A DNA stretch of 64,000 bases from Clostridiaceae bacterium (GCA_016296885.1 JAEDHT010000006.1:150-64149), one strand, 5' to 3'; shown: positions 27,301-37,050, counted from the first letter of the stretch. A program made the numbers and translations. Notes: a model not told the origin generated them from the letters alone.

Positions 27301-30300
27301 ATCAAGATCGTATTTAGCGTTCCACTTGAAATAAACAACATCGTCACCATCTGTACCGCCTTGCTTATCAAGAGTAATCTTTGAAACACCTTTACCCCAT
27401 TGTGCATACAATACATTGGCAGGTGCACTGGAATATACTGTGCTTGATGTCACCTTTTCTCCGCCATCCGGTCTGGTGTACCATCCTTTAAAGATATATC
27501 CCTCACGCACAGGATCTTCCGGCAAGCTGTAATTAGCTGAGTAGCCTGCCTTTCTTGGAGCAGGTGTGTATACTTCGGAAGAAGAGTCTGTTCTCTCTAT
27601 TTTAACCTTAAACTGAAGGTTATTATAAACATCTGTGCCGTTCTTCCATGACCAAATTGTAAGGTGATCCACAGCTTTTGCCTGATCAGCAGAGAGCTTA
27701 AATGTTTTAGAAACACTGGTTCCATAATAATCCATTGATGTGCGGTTGTTAGTAGCATTTGAAATCATTTCCTGATTAGAATTATGCAACTCGAAAGCTA
27801 TGCAGCCGTTACCGCTTATCTTAGAACCGCCTACAGTAGTTACAGATAGAGTATAAGTACCTTTGCCAAGGTTCAATGGAATCTTCTTTATATCTCCACC
27901 TGTGCCTGTTACTGTACCATTGAGTGTGTGTACCTCAGTTGTAGCGTTATAATAATATTGTAATCCTGCTACAGTTGTAGAGGCTGTGTCCGGCACATAC
28001 TCGTTTATACCAATATCATCATAGTTTACATCGAAGAAAACATTATATGTTCTGCTTGCATTAAAGTTTTTAACGCTTTGTACTATTGGTTTCTCTTTAA
28101 ATCCATGGGCTTCATCCATATATAGACCCAAATTACCGTCATAAGAAGGGTCGTACATCTTGTAGATGAAGAGTACATCCAGATATGGCAAGGTCTTTGC
28201 GTCTTCAAGCTCCCATGCCATCTGCTCTGCAGCGCTGTTTAACGATGCCTGAGTCGGTTCGGTATTTACAGCTGAATCTTCAAATCCTGTTTCAGTCATA
28301 AACAGAGGCTTGCCATCGTCACCATGTCTTTGTGCCACTGCATAGATGTCGTTATTCATTTGTATCCACCCTGTATCTGATGCAGAGGAGATTTTGTGTG
28401 CATGGCTTACAGAGTATGGGTGCCAGTTGAGAACCTGGAAATAATCATCTGAGTTCATGCTCTTTGTTCTTGCACCAAATGGATGTGCTCCTGATTCAAT
28501 AGCGTTATACACTGCGTCAAGCATATAAACTGAATTAGGAATATAGTTTGAGGAGTTACCGAATTTTAGTCCGGGAACACCATTTGCGTCGCTACCGTTG
28601 TTAGCATCATAAATACAGCAAAGGGATGGCAAAAGAATCTTCGCTTCTGAATTCACCCTGCGGACTGCATCTGTAAAGTAGTAACAAAGGTCAGCAAAAA
28701 TCTTGCCTTTTTCCTCAGTAGTATAAGTGTTATCAATGTTGTATACTTCTTCTGACCAACCTGGTCTTGGGCAGTTTGCGTCTGCATCAAATTCATTAAA
28801 TGGTTCTACATAGTCAATCTCTGGGAACTCCTCTAGGATCATACCTATTGCAGTTGAGTTAATCTCAAGCCAGAGCTTGTAATTTTCAGGGTCTACCGTA
28901 AAATCAGGAACTTCTTTCCAGTGTGTATATACATAACCATTAGGGAAGAGCAGTGCGTCAAGTGTCAGAAGATATTCCTTTATGTTTGTATCGTCTTTAT
29001 AATAATTACTCAATACTCCCCTGATTAATTCCTTTGCGCCCTCTTTCCATACCACAGTATTATCGGGACGAACATTAAATGCTGTACTAAGACCAAAACC
29101 ATTTCTAAATACTTCTATATTAAGCTCTTTAGTATGCTTGATATGATTTGTGGAGTTCAAATGTGGCCATAAGGCTGCTCCAGCTTCAGAATACTCAGTA
29201 GCCTGATCAGAAATACCAAATGTGAAGTTTCCGTCTATTCTGTCATAGCCTTCTTCCACGTTTTCGATGCTTATAGTATTTCCACTTATGGAAAGCACCT
29301 TATACATTGTGTGACCAATATAGAAAGTTTCGCCTACTTTGACGGAGGAAGTAGTAGTTTTTGTTTCAGTAATATTTTTAAATGTGAAAGCCGTAAAGTT
29401 GTGTGAACCACTAACTGTGAGTGTGCATGGATCACCTAATGCAAATGTAGCACCTGTAAATGTTTGTGTAGATTTGGTGTAGGTGATATCTGCTACCTGT
29501 GCATATTTTGAATGACTTGATGTCATAAGGCTGTATGCAGATGTGGCACACAATTCGGAATAAATCACACGTGTTTCATTATTTTCATCTTTATAAGCTA
29601 TATACCCCACCGCCATATATGTTGTGGCTAAATCAGAGTCACCTACATTGACGGTTGCAGTGTATTCTGCATCACGAGAGGTGCGCACGATCTTCTGAGC
29701 ATTTGGGTCTAGTGAATCTAACCTTAAGTTAGATTCATCACTATAAACATCATTGCTTGGCAGGATGAGTGTGCCCATCTCTGTTATGCTGTCGCCAAGA
29801 GTAGTGTATATGTATGGGTCTACAGTAAAACTAAAGTCTATGGCAACTTGTGAGCCGGTGTGAAGCTTCATTTCGTTTTTGTAGATAAATTCATCGTGTG
29901 TTTCATACAAAGGTGCATTATGTAAATTTTTATTTACATGTCCTGTTGGGTAATATACCTTGTATGACGGAGAAACTTTAACATCGTTATATCCTATGTA
30001 GCCACCGCTTGTCTGGTAAAAGTCGGTATAGAAAGGCTCAAACATATATTCGTCATTAATTTTGACGTATACACAGTCTTTGCCGGCGTTAGGACCTGCT
30101 ACCACACGTATCCTAGCCATCTCTACCTTAGAATATTTATCTGAAGCCAATCTGGAGCCTGTCTTATGCATCTCACTCTTACGGGAAGACTCTACTTCCC
30201 AGCCAAAGTGAGAGCCATCATCTCTTAACCATAGCGCAAAGCCTGAGCTCCAGTATGCATCAAAGGCTACTCTAAATCCAGATTGATCACCATCATTTAG

Positions 30301-31014
30301 TCTGGTATAGAAGGTATATATTACAGAGTAATACTGGCTTTTTCCTTCATATGAGAATGAATTTTCGCTCACATATTCAAGATCATTAGGAGTGATGCGA
30401 TCTACTTCCTTTGTAAAGCCATTGTCGGAGTATATACCATTTTCAAAGCTACCTGAGTTAGAATAAACGCAGTTTGATGGGAAGGTAACTTCTTCATCTT
30501 CAGCATTTGCCATATATCCGTTTTCTACATCAAACAAATCTGTATAGAACGAATCTTTCAGCTCGTCATCCATCTTGAAGTATACATAATACTTACCCGC
30601 GTTAGGTCCTGATTCTACATAGAGACGTCCTATTTCAACTAGAGTAGTAGTCGTAACTGCTGCAAACTTGTTGCCCTTGTTATCGCTATTTTCGTGGCAG
30701 AAAAATGTTCCATCAGAACGGAACCATATACCAAAAGGCATTCTCCAAGTGTGGTCAAATGACAACTGATATGACATATCGGTTGTTGGCACCACAAGGC
30801 ACTTAAACTTTACAGAATATGTAGGTGAAGTGCTCTCATATGTCGTATTTTGTCTATCGGCACTATTGGGTGCAAATTTTAGATCAGATACAGTAATCTC
30901 ATCCACCTTATCCGTGAAGACATCTTCTGCTGCGCTTGCGCTTATCGTGGTTGGGACAATCACAGATGTGATTATCATAACCATTGATAAAAACAACGAA
31001 AGCATTTTTTTCAT
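24319..31014 (-). CDS. giant secreted multidomain protein: clan GH-A-like glycoside hydrolase core + ~10 Listeria-Bacteroides repeats + shared C-terminal module
   Basis: AGGGGG RBS, start [28 protein letters not shown] (signal peptide). EPFNEFD (~28795), NWHPY and FMTETGF (~28290) are typical of (beta/alpha)8 clan GH-A. The FDANGG...GYTF.GW...LYA.W units repeat. Confidence 0.85.
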   Translation of the reverse strand: MKKMLSLFLSMVMIITSVIVPTTISASAAEDVFTDKVDEITVSDLKFAPNSADRQNTTYESTSPTYSVKFKCLVVPTTDMSYQLSFDHTWRMPFGIWFRSDGTFFCHENSDNKGNKFAAVTTTTLVEIGRLYVESGPNAGKYYVYFKMDDELKDSFYTDLFDVENGYMANAEDEEVTFPSNCVYSNSGSFENGIYSDNGFTKEVDRITPNDLEYVSENSFSYEGKSQYYSVIYTFYTRLNDGDQSGFRVAFDAYWSSGFALWLRDDGSHFGWEVESSRKSEMHKTGSRLASDKYSKVEMARIRVVAGPNAGKDCVYVKINDEYMFEPFYTDFYQTSGGYIGYNDVKVSPSYKVYYPTGHVNKNLHNAPLYETHDEFIYKNEMKLHTGSQVAIDFSFTVDPYIYTTLGDSITEMGTLILPSNDVYSDESNLRLDSLDPNAQKIVRTSRDAEYTATVNVGDSDLATTYMAVGYIAYKDENNETRVIYSELCATSAYSLMTSSHSKYAQVADITYTKSTQTFTGATFALGDPCTLTVSGSHNFTAFTFKNITETKTTTSSVKVGETFYIGHTMYKVLSISGNTISIENVEEGYDRIDGNFTFGISDQATEYSEAGAALWPHLNSTNHIKHTKELNIEVFRNGFGLSTAFNVRPDNTVVWKEGAKELIRGVLSNYYKDDTNIKEYLLTLDALLFPNGYVYTHWKEVPDFTVDPENYKLWLEINSTAIGMILEEFPEIDYVEPFNEFDADANCPRPGWSEEVYNIDNTYTTEEKGKIFADLCYYFTDAVRRVNSEAKILLPSLCCIYDANNGSDANGVPGLKFGNSSNYIPNSVYMLDAVYNAIESGAHPFGARTKSMNSDDYFQVLNWHPYSVSHAHKISSASDTGWIQMNNDIYAVAQRHGDDGKPLFMTETGFEDSAVNTEPTQASLNSAAEQMAWELEDAKTLPYLDVLFIYKMYDPSYDGNLGLYMDEAHGFKEKPIVQSVKNFNASRTYNVFFDVNYDDIGINEYVPDTASTTVAGLQYYYNATTEVHTLNGTVTGTGGDIKKIPLNLGKGTYTLSVTTVGGSKISGNGCIAFELHNSNQEMISNATNNRTSMDYYGTSVSKTFKLSADQAKAVDHLTIWSWKNGTDVYNNLQFKVKIERTDSSSEVYTPAPRKAGYSANYSLPEDPVREGYIFKGWYTRPDGGEKVTSSTVYSSAPANVLYAQWGKGVSKITLDKQGGTDGDDVVYFKWNAKYDLDLTWYQDEECTIAYPHNENNEYSITPPTKKGYTFVGYFREPDTTDEDKQATWPGGTSFRSGFQGIANDAGCGNDATAYAVWTVSKIHITLDKNGGTGGPDEFWFVYNSVNDKKDYAIYSDSVCNTILDEDGYVEDLPTRTGYVFNGYKKDDTTYIASDHWCDVAMYELSTDTTLTAQWIPNTYTVKFDANGGSCETESKTVTYGSTYGTLPTPTLTGYTFKNWSTAKTNGTAVTSSTSVTNESAHTLYAIWTAKTYTLTLDPNGGNYSKVTSVTMTYNSSGYHSLQGTDYKPSRNGYTFDGWYTAASGGTQVYGSDYKCIPDTSYFNSEEKWIYDNDLKVYAHWTAKTYTLTLDPNGGNYSKITSVTMRYDSSEYHSLQGADYKPSRNGYTFDGWYTATSGGTQVYGSNYKCVPDTSYFNSEEKWIYANNLTVYAHWTPNTYTVKFDANGGSGTMSDESFTYDVYKVLPANAFTKSGYTFAGWDTASTATKVVYTDKQSVSNLTATNNGTVTLYAVWTAKGDIIVSFDANGGSCEAQSKAVTYGSTYGTLPTPTRTGYTFENWSTAKTDGTAVTSSTSVTNESAHTLYAIWTAHTYTVKFDANGGSGTMSDESFTYDVYKVLTANAFTKSGYSFKGWDTASTATKAVYTDKQSVSNLTATNNGTVTLYAVWEEDVFTVSFKNPDGSSISYVDSLTNNTVVLSDIECNSADNITLNSSVFKDSGDKPIYPQKDGYVFTGWYKTASAAQSNDKNNAYKSTDVLSSDTVLYAGWAKINTVTQEPNDTIVRFGDVSKELSGLELMGVQIRAVYSPTYGGTGLRFVSRISKSLVSELQSVSSTTVTYGHLLAYADVAENGGLVAERCVPDANGKYEVIKSPAVNKLYAGTNYNVFSTVINNIAVPDYSTDFAARTYVNYTDASGIERYHYVTETGSKACGYGYKANLKNVADYILTHNSSAVAQSEYLERYINAILNDEVIDDKTFPATNGPINGGNYP
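25280..26770 (-). repeat. segmental duplication block A1-B1-B2-C1-A2-C2 of repeat modules
   Basis: Modules A (FDANGGSCE...LYAIWTA, ~26545-26770 and ~25519-25722) and C ([18 protein letters not shown]...LYAVW, ~25723-25986 and ~25280-25518) are near-identical pairs in both protein and DNA. Confidence 0.85.
25987..26544 (-). repeat. intragenic tandem duplication, 2 x 279 bp (93-aa module [12 protein letters not shown]...YAHWTA)
   Basis: The marker CCACCATTTGG recurs at 26231 and 26510 (offset 279). The two copies differ at only scattered positions. Confidence 0.9.
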
Positions 31015-31150
31015 AGTAATACCCCCTGTAATTACAGCTGTTTCAAACATAAACCTGAAACACCTTATAATTCATTTAATCTTACCATACATTATAATCT
31101 ATTTATTATAGAATAGTCAAGCCTAACTCTAAATTTATATTACATTTAGA

Positions 31151-31190
31151 CAAAAAACAGCCTCAAGGCTTTTTATAACCTTGAGGCTGT
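31151..31190 (-). terminator. rho-independent terminator (minus strand)
   Basis: Perfect 12-bp stem ACAGCCTCAAGG (31158-31169) / CCTTGAGGCTGT (31179-31190). The minus-strand transcript continues into TTTTTT (complement of 31152-31157). Confidence 0.85.
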
Positions 31191-31218
31191 TCATTATGAA
31201 ATCAGTTTATGAAAAATC

Positions 31219-31374
31219 TTATCTCAACGCACTGAAAGCTCTGAATGAGTTATCAACATCCACTACAGTATCTGTGTCAGATGTTTCAGAATCTGTATCG
31301 CCAGATGCTGCCATAACGTCTTGTGCGAGAAGCATTTCATCAATTAATTCCGGAGTATTATATAATTTTTTCAT
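31219..31374 (-). CDS. 51-aa acidic small protein (absent from the supplied ORF track)
   Basis: GGAGG (complement of 31385-31389) lies 10 nt upstream of the ATG (31374). It translates to MKKLYNTPELIDEMLLAQDVMAASGDTDSETSDTDTVVDVDNSFRAFSALR*. It starts 21 nt after the stop of the 1673-aa gene and ends just before the terminator. Confidence 0.5.
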   Translation of the reverse strand: MKKLYNTPELIDEMLLAQDVMAASGDTDSETSDTDTVVDVDNSFRAFSALR

Positions 31375-31395
31375 TGTAAAAATACCTCCTTAAAA

Positions 31396-34300
31396 TCAAG
31401 CTACTTTAGCAAGTGCATCGTAAGCTTGGCTAACTGCTGACCAAGCACTATCAAAGCTTGTGCGGCAACCGCCTGCGAATTTACTGTCTGAATATGTGTG
31501 GTATCCACGACGTCCAAATCCGTTAGCGTCTGTGTAATCAACATATGCTCTTGCCTCTACAAGGTCACCCTTGTAAGCTGAATCTGCGCCATCATATTTG
31601 ATAACGAGTGTTGACAAGCGATAGTCGTCGAACATTCTGTGGTTCTGATCGCCTTCTTTTGTACAATCAATATCTACAGCGCCTGTTGTCTTCTTGTTAA
31701 GCTTTGTAAGATTTGCTATATCGGTCTTAGCATATGCTGTGTAACCATAAGATACGCTCTTGCCGTTCAAGCCCTGAAGCTCTTCGAGCATACCGTTGCG
31801 ATATACTGTTACGAAACGAAGTGCGTCTTGATCTGTGTTGCTCATACCTGGCTGATACTTATCTGCAACTTCTTTGCTTCTGATCTGAACACCCTCGAGG
31901 CTAAAGCCCTTAAGTGATGAAGCGCCATAGCTGTTCTTATCGTTACCGTCCTTAGTAACTGTACCTACAGGTACCCATGCAGCATAGAGATTGAGGTTGC
32001 CATCTGCATCGGCATAATCTGCAATTGTGATGTTCTGTGGGAATGCTGTACCGTTTGTTGTACCTAGTGTAAGGTTAGTGGTGTACCATCCACCAAACAG
32101 ATAACCGTTTCTAACTGGTAAGCCTTCTTCTGCAGAAGCGATAGGTGTTTCTGTAAGCTTATGAGTTGTTTCGCCATCATTGATTACTGTTTCTTGTAAT
32201 AATGTTGAGCCATCATAATAACGAATGTAAGAGGTCTTTTGTGGAACTGCTTCCCACTTAGCATATAGTTGAACAGTGGCACCATTTGTTGAAGCAAGAT
32301 TTATTACACTCTGCTTGTCAGTGTAACTTGTTCCTGTGCCATCTTCTTTTGTGTTCCAACCTGTGAATGTGTAGCCATCTCTTGTGAAGCCGTTAGTTGT
32401 GAGAGCTTTTGCAACATCATAGGTATGGGTACTGTTTGCTGTTCTACCTGTACCGCCGTTTGCATTATAAGCTACTGTATAAGTGATTGGTGTCCAATTA
32501 GCTGTCATTGTGGCATCTTCATCGCCCATGATAAACAGTTTTACATCGCCTGACATAGAAGCAAGGCTTGAACCTTCGCCTACTACTGTCCAATTATCAA
32601 ATGTATATCCTGTTCTTGACGGAGGATTAACTGAGAAACTACCGTTATACTTTAATGATATATCAGTATCTGTTGTGTAGTTTGTGCCACCATAATTCCA
32701 TGTACCGCCATTTGGCTTAACTGTAACTTTATATGTGTTTATTGTCCACTGGGCTACTATTTGATGGCTGTATGCTTTACTAACTGTAGTGCTAGATGTT
32801 ACAGCAAAGCTACCTGTCATATCTGATCTTTCAAGCCTAAATTTATCCTTGTCATATCTGTAGTTACCAGCTAATGTAACAACAGAGACATAAACATACG
32901 ATGCAGTTGCTGGTGTTGTGAATGTAATTGTTCCTCTGCTGTTGTAGGCTTCTCCTGCTACCTTCTGATTACTTGAGTTGTATATTACATATGAAGGAGT
33001 CCCTGACATACCACTATTTACAAGTGTATATTGTGTATTAGGACTAACATTAATCTTATAAACAGAAAATTCTGCATTAACCACTTTGTTACCGTTAACA
33101 TCTATATAGTAACCCGGATATATAGCTGTTTGATTCATATCAAACAGGTTGGGCTTTCCAAGCCATCCTGTAAGTGTATAACCTGTGCGTGATACTGTTG
33201 GCAATGTGCCGTAAGTTGAGCCGTAGGTAATTGACTTTGTGGAAGTTGTACCTGTGCCGGTCCAACCTGTTGTAGAACTAATAGAACCGCCATTTGCATT
33301 AGCTGTGAGTGTGTATGTAACTTCTTCCCACTGAGCATAAAGGTGAACTCTGTCCGCCGATTCGGTAGTAAGGTTTATTACACTTTGTTTATCTAAGTAT
33401 TTTGTGCCTGTGCCATCTGGGTCGGTGTTCCAATTTACAAATCTGTAGCCAGGTCTTGTGTAACCGTTAGGTGTAAGTTCTTTAGCTACATCATAAGTGT
33501 GGCTTGAATTTGCTGTATCGCCTTCTACTCCTGATCCGTTAGGATTGTAATATACTGTATAACCAATTGGAGTCCACTCTGCTGTTAGTGTGGTCTCAGA
33601 TGGAAGTGTATACATATCATCTTCACATATACCATTGTGGCTAATATATGTTGTGCCGTCTTTTTTATAGCCATTGCACACATATCCTGTTTTTGTTGGT
33701 GCATCTATAAATCCATCTGCATTAAGTAGATCGGCACATGCGCTATCATTATAGATTGCATAATCGTCTTGCTGGAACCAAAACTCATCTACAGAGTTTG
33801 TTCCGCCATTATGGTCAAGAATAATATGAATAATGTTAACCGGTGTCCACTGAGCATAAAGGTGAACTTTGTCAGCCCATTTGGTAGTAAGGTTTATTAC
33901 ACTTTGTTTATCAAAGTATTTTGTTCCTGTGCCATCTGGTTGGGTATTCCAGCTTGAGAATGTGTAACCACTTCTTGTGTAACCGTTAGGTGTAAGTTCT
34001 TTAGCTACGTCATATTCGTGAGTTGAATTTGCTGTATCGCCTTCTACTCCTGATCCGTTAGGATTGTAATATACTGTATAACCAATTGGAGTCCACTCTG
34101 CTGTTAGTGTGGTCTCAGATGGAAGTGTATACATATCATCTTCACATATACCATTGTGGCTAATATATGTTGTGCCGTCTTTTTTATAGCCATTGCACAC
34201 ATATCCTGTTTTTGTTGGTGCATCTATATATCCATCTGCATCAAGTAGATCGGCACATGCGCTATCATTATAGATTGCATAATCGCCTTGCTGGAACCAA

Positions 34301-36417
34301 AACTCATCTACAGAGTTTGTTCCGCCGTTATGGTCAAGAAGGATGTGAACCGGTGGGGTTGGTAGTTCACTATCCATAGTAAGCACTGGTGAATCGATTG
34401 TGTTAACAACCATATCGTTTGACTTATTCATAACAGAGGCAATGCTATTTCCCTCTAATGATGTTGGGAAAGTGTAGCTTGCGCCTCTTGGTCCGCCTGA
34501 TACAGGATTGCTAACAAGCTGTATTGGTAGAGTGATATAATACTGTGTATCTGGAGAAAGTGATGAAACATCCCATGTAATTACATTATCGCTGATTGTT
34601 ACAGATGAACCAGCGTAAGAACCACCAGATGGTGCTGTAGCAGAAGTTGTAAAACGCTGTGTATCAAGATTAACTTTAATCTTATAATCACGCATTGCAG
34701 TTGCTTTAAACAAGTTGCTAAAAGTTGTTGCAAAATCACTTGGATTAGTTAATTCGATGTACAAATCAGGAGATGAAACAACTCTATTAAAGGCTTCCTG
34801 AGTGGAAGAAGATATAGGAGTTCCATCAGTCATAAGTGCAATTTGTGCACCGGTTGTCTGTAAATTTGCTAAATTTTCTTGTGACCAAACAATATGAGAG
34901 GCATTCACAGGAACAAGATAAATACACATAGGATCACGTGATTTATCTGTTCTATTCTCAAATTGATTGTATGCATTTAGTAACTGACAAATTCCATATG
35001 CGGTGTATGCAGGTTCCTTCTCTTCAGCTACGTAATCAAGCACATCATCAAAATCAGTTAACCATCCTGATCCTAGGTGGACATTTTCATCAGTCTGACC
35101 ACAGATATATACTCTGTTATTACTGAATTCTTTTAATATAGATCCTGCCAAAGAAGCTATGTAGTTTGTTGGGTTTGGAGTGAAACCATCACAATAGTAT
35201 AAAAATACATCTCTTGATTTCAAAACGCTATCGCTTCTATAAGAAAAGTCTACACGAAGCTCTGCATTACCTGTTGAAGAGTTAATCCACTTAGCAGACT
35301 GCTTAGCCCATGTGCCTGAAAGTCCGTTATCATTTTCTGTTTTTGTGTCTGAGTATCCTGAAACAGCATTGCTATCACCAGAATATGTTGAATTGGTTAA
35401 CTCTGGTGCAGAAAAGATTTTTGGATTCCATATAGCATATAATGTAGATGCATTCTTATCATATGCATATTTTCTGTCCATATCATCTGCATTAGCATCG
35501 CTTGTTAATGCCCAACCACAGAAGAAGTATCCTGATCTTGTAGGAATGTATTCTGAAGTTCTTGGAAGAGTTAAATCAGAATCAAATGTTTTGTTGATAG
35601 TTTTAGTTGTGCTACTATCCGGGAACGAACCACCATTTGTATTAAGTGTTACAGTTTGTGTTGTTCCATGTGTAACATAATCCAAACCGTTTTCACTAAA
35701 ATATGTCTGCATAGTTGATCCTGAAGGGCACATTACAGACAAATTATCTATAGTAGAATTAACTATATCTTGTTCAAGAGTTGCAGAAGTAGAATTACAA
35801 GTTAATCTTAGTCTTTCAAGAGGATCGAAAGCATAAAATGCCCTTTCTCCAATAGATGTTACGGTGCTTGGAATTGTGATATGTGTTATACGTGGACTAT
35901 CACAGAAAGCTCGACTTCCTATGGTTTTAACACCCTCAGGAATAACAAGTTTTCCTGTTATATCACAGTTCGCAAAAGCATCTGCGCCTATGGACTCAAC
36001 ACTTGCTGGTATATTAATCGAGGTTAGCTTTACACAACCATCAAAAGCACCCTCTCCTATTACTTTAATAGTATCAGGCAGTGTTACAGATGTTAATTCT
36101 TCACAATTTGGAAATGCACGAAAGCTAACACTTGTTATACCTGATCCAATAACTAGAGAAGTTAAGTCAAAGTCGAGATAATCAATAAATCCTACAGATC
36201 CACTTACGTTAGGCATTTCGCCCGTTCCTGTAATGGTAAGCACGCCATTATCATATGACCACTGGAGACTTTCCCATGTGCCAGAGTCACTTGCACCACG
36301 TGCTGAAACACTTTCAGCTTTTGTGCTGAAAACATCTCTGATTCCTTCTGCATTAACAGCTACTGCACTGGATAAAGCCAGCATAGCTACTAATAGCAGG
36401 CTGATTATTTTTTTCAT
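31396..36417 (-). CDS. giant secreted multidomain protein: BspA-type leucine-rich repeats + unknown central domain + ~9 Listeria-Bacteroides repeats + shared C-terminal module
   Basis: AAAGGAAG RBS 6 nt before the ATG at 36417. Signal peptide MKKIISLLLVAMLALSSAVAVNA. LRR units LTSVTLPDTIKVIGEGAFDGCVKLTSINIPASVESIG. Repeated NGG...GYTF..W...LYA.W units. Confidence 0.85.
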   Translation of the reverse strand: MKKIISLLLVAMLALSSAVAVNAEGIRDVFSTKAESVSARGASDSGTWESLQWSYDNGVLTITGTGEMPNVSGSVGFIDYLDFDLTSLVIGSGITSVSFRAFPNCEELTSVTLPDTIKVIGEGAFDGCVKLTSINIPASVESIGADAFANCDITGKLVIPEGVKTIGSRAFCDSPRITHITIPSTVTSIGERAFYAFDPLERLRLTCNSTSATLEQDIVNSTIDNLSVMCPSGSTMQTYFSENGLDYVTHGTTQTVTLNTNGGSFPDSSTTKTINKTFDSDLTLPRTSEYIPTRSGYFFCGWALTSDANADDMDRKYAYDKNASTLYAIWNPKIFSAPELTNSTYSGDSNAVSGYSDTKTENDNGLSGTWAKQSAKWINSSTGNAELRVDFSYRSDSVLKSRDVFLYYCDGFTPNPTNYIASLAGSILKEFSNNRVYICGQTDENVHLGSGWLTDFDDVLDYVAEEKEPAYTAYGICQLLNAYNQFENRTDKSRDPMCIYLVPVNASHIVWSQENLANLQTTGAQIALMTDGTPISSSTQEAFNRVVSSPDLYIELTNPSDFATTFSNLFKATAMRDYKIKVNLDTQRFTTSATAPSGGSYAGSSVTISDNVITWDVSSLSPDTQYYITLPIQLVSNPVSGGPRGASYTFPTSLEGNSIASVMNKSNDMVVNTIDSPVLTMDSELPTPPVHILLDHNGGTNSVDEFWFQQGDYAIYNDSACADLLDADGYIDAPTKTGYVCNGYKKDGTTYISHNGICEDDMYTLPSETTLTAEWTPIGYTVYYNPNGSGVEGDTANSTHEYDVAKELTPNGYTRSGYTFSSWNTQPDGTGTKYFDKQSVINLTTKWADKVHLYAQWTPVNIIHIILDHNGGTNSVDEFWFQQDDYAIYNDSACADLLNADGFIDAPTKTGYVCNGYKKDGTTYISHNGICEDDMYTLPSETTLTAEWTPIGYTVYYNPNGSGVEGDTANSSHTYDVAKELTPNGYTRPGYRFVNWNTDPDGTGTKYLDKQSVINLTTESADRVHLYAQWEEVTYTLTANANGGSISSTTGWTGTGTTSTKSITYGSTYGTLPTVSRTGYTLTGWLGKPNLFDMNQTAIYPGYYIDVNGNKVVNAEFSVYKINVSPNTQYTLVNSGMSGTPSYVIYNSSNQKVAGEAYNSRGTITFTTPATASYVYVSVVTLAGNYRYDKDKFRLERSDMTGSFAVTSSTTVSKAYSHQIVAQWTINTYKVTVKPNGGTWNYGGTNYTTDTDISLKYNGSFSVNPPSRTGYTFDNWTVVGEGSSLASMSGDVKLFIMGDEDATMTANWTPITYTVAYNANGGTGRTANSTHTYDVAKALTTNGFTRDGYTFTGWNTKEDGTGTSYTDKQSVINLASTNGATVQLYAKWEAVPQKTSYIRYYDGSTLLQETVINDGETTHKLTETPIASAEEGLPVRNGYLFGGWYTTNLTLGTTNGTAFPQNITIADYADADGNLNLYAAWVPVGTVTKDGNDKNSYGASSLKGFSLEGVQIRSKEVADKYQPGMSNTDQDALRFVTVYRNGMLEELQGLNGKSVSYGYTAYAKTDIANLTKLNKKTTGAVDIDCTKEGDQNHRMFDDYRLSTLVIKYDGADSAYKGDLVEARAYVDYTDANGFGRRGYHTYSDSKFAGGCRTSFDSAWSAVSQAYDALAKVA
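33313..34350 (-). repeat. intragenic tandem duplication, 2 x 519 bp (173-aa two-repeat module)
   Basis: (V/I)HI(L/I)LDHNGGTNSVDEFWFQQ begins at 34350 and again at 33831 (offset 519). The copies are near-identical in DNA. Confidence 0.9.
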
Positions 36418-36704
36418 ATACATCTTCCTTTCTAAAATTAATTAGATAAATTTTTAAGGATATTTGCTAATGATTATTTTAAAACTGCCCTCCTTTGCGT
36501 TAGTCAACTGCGCTTAAAATGAGAAAACATGCCGTTTATGCTATTAAGCACAGTATTACTATGGTCATTATACAAAATCATTCATAAAATAGCAAGATTA
36601 TCATATGTAGAATTATTTTTTCTACGTTTTGCACAAATTGAAAGGTTTTTTATTAGGCATATTATCGTTATAAGTTATACTTTTTGACTCATTCTTATCA
36701 AAAA

Positions 36705-36865
36705 CAGCTCCCTCTGACGAGGGAGCTGTCGAGTGAAACGAACTGAGGGAGAGAAAACCTGCATTTTTGCAGAATTTTTGCCTTTTCTCTCCCTCCGTCA
36801 AAACTTCCTCAGCCTCCCTTGTGTAAAGGGAGGTGGATTTTGCGAAGCAAAAGACGGAGGGATTG
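36705..36865 (+). repeat. hairpin-rich intergenic repeat element, copy 1 (with extended 3' module)
   Basis: Core CAGCTCCCTCTGACGAGGGAGCTGTCGAGTGAAACGAACTGAGGGAGAGAAAA...TTTTCTCTCCCTCCGTCAAAACTTC (36705-36807), plus CCTCCCTTGTGTAAAGGGAGG and GACGGAGGG pairing with CCCTCCGTC. Confidence 0.8.
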
Positions 36866-36911
36866 TATAGTGAATATATCATAAAAACAACCCCTCAGTC
36901 AGCGTTGCTGA

Positions 36912-37017
36912 CAGCTCCCTCTGACGAGGGAGCCTGTCGAGTGAAACGAGACTGAGGGAGAGAAAAAACTGCCTTTTTGCAGAATTTTTGCCTTTTCTCT
37001 CCCTCCGTCAAAACTTC
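36912..37017 (+). repeat. hairpin-rich intergenic repeat element, copy 2
   Basis: Same ~105-bp core as copy 1 with a few substitutions and 1-2 nt indels. Same orientation. Confidence 0.8.
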
Positions 37018-37050
37018 GTACATTTTTATTAAATTATATACATCAAATCA

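Noticed and set aside
31181-31393. Plus-strand 70-aa ORF in the ORF track
   Set aside because: It starts at a TTG inside the terminator stem with no RBS. The opposite strand carries a 51-aa ORF with a GGAGG RBS in operon context, so the plus ORF is judged an antisense shadow.
36622-36882. Minus-strand 86-aa ORF
   Set aside because: It is translated straight through repeat-element copy 1 (..LTEGEKRQKFCKNAGFLSLSSFHSTAPSSEGAV..) and has no RBS. This is a typical false gene call on this kind of repeat.
36705-37017. CRISPR array
   Set aside because: There are only two nearby copies. The units are ~105 bp rather than 24-48 bp, they are internally hairpin-rich, they are separated by a non-unique ~100-bp segment, and there are no cas genes.
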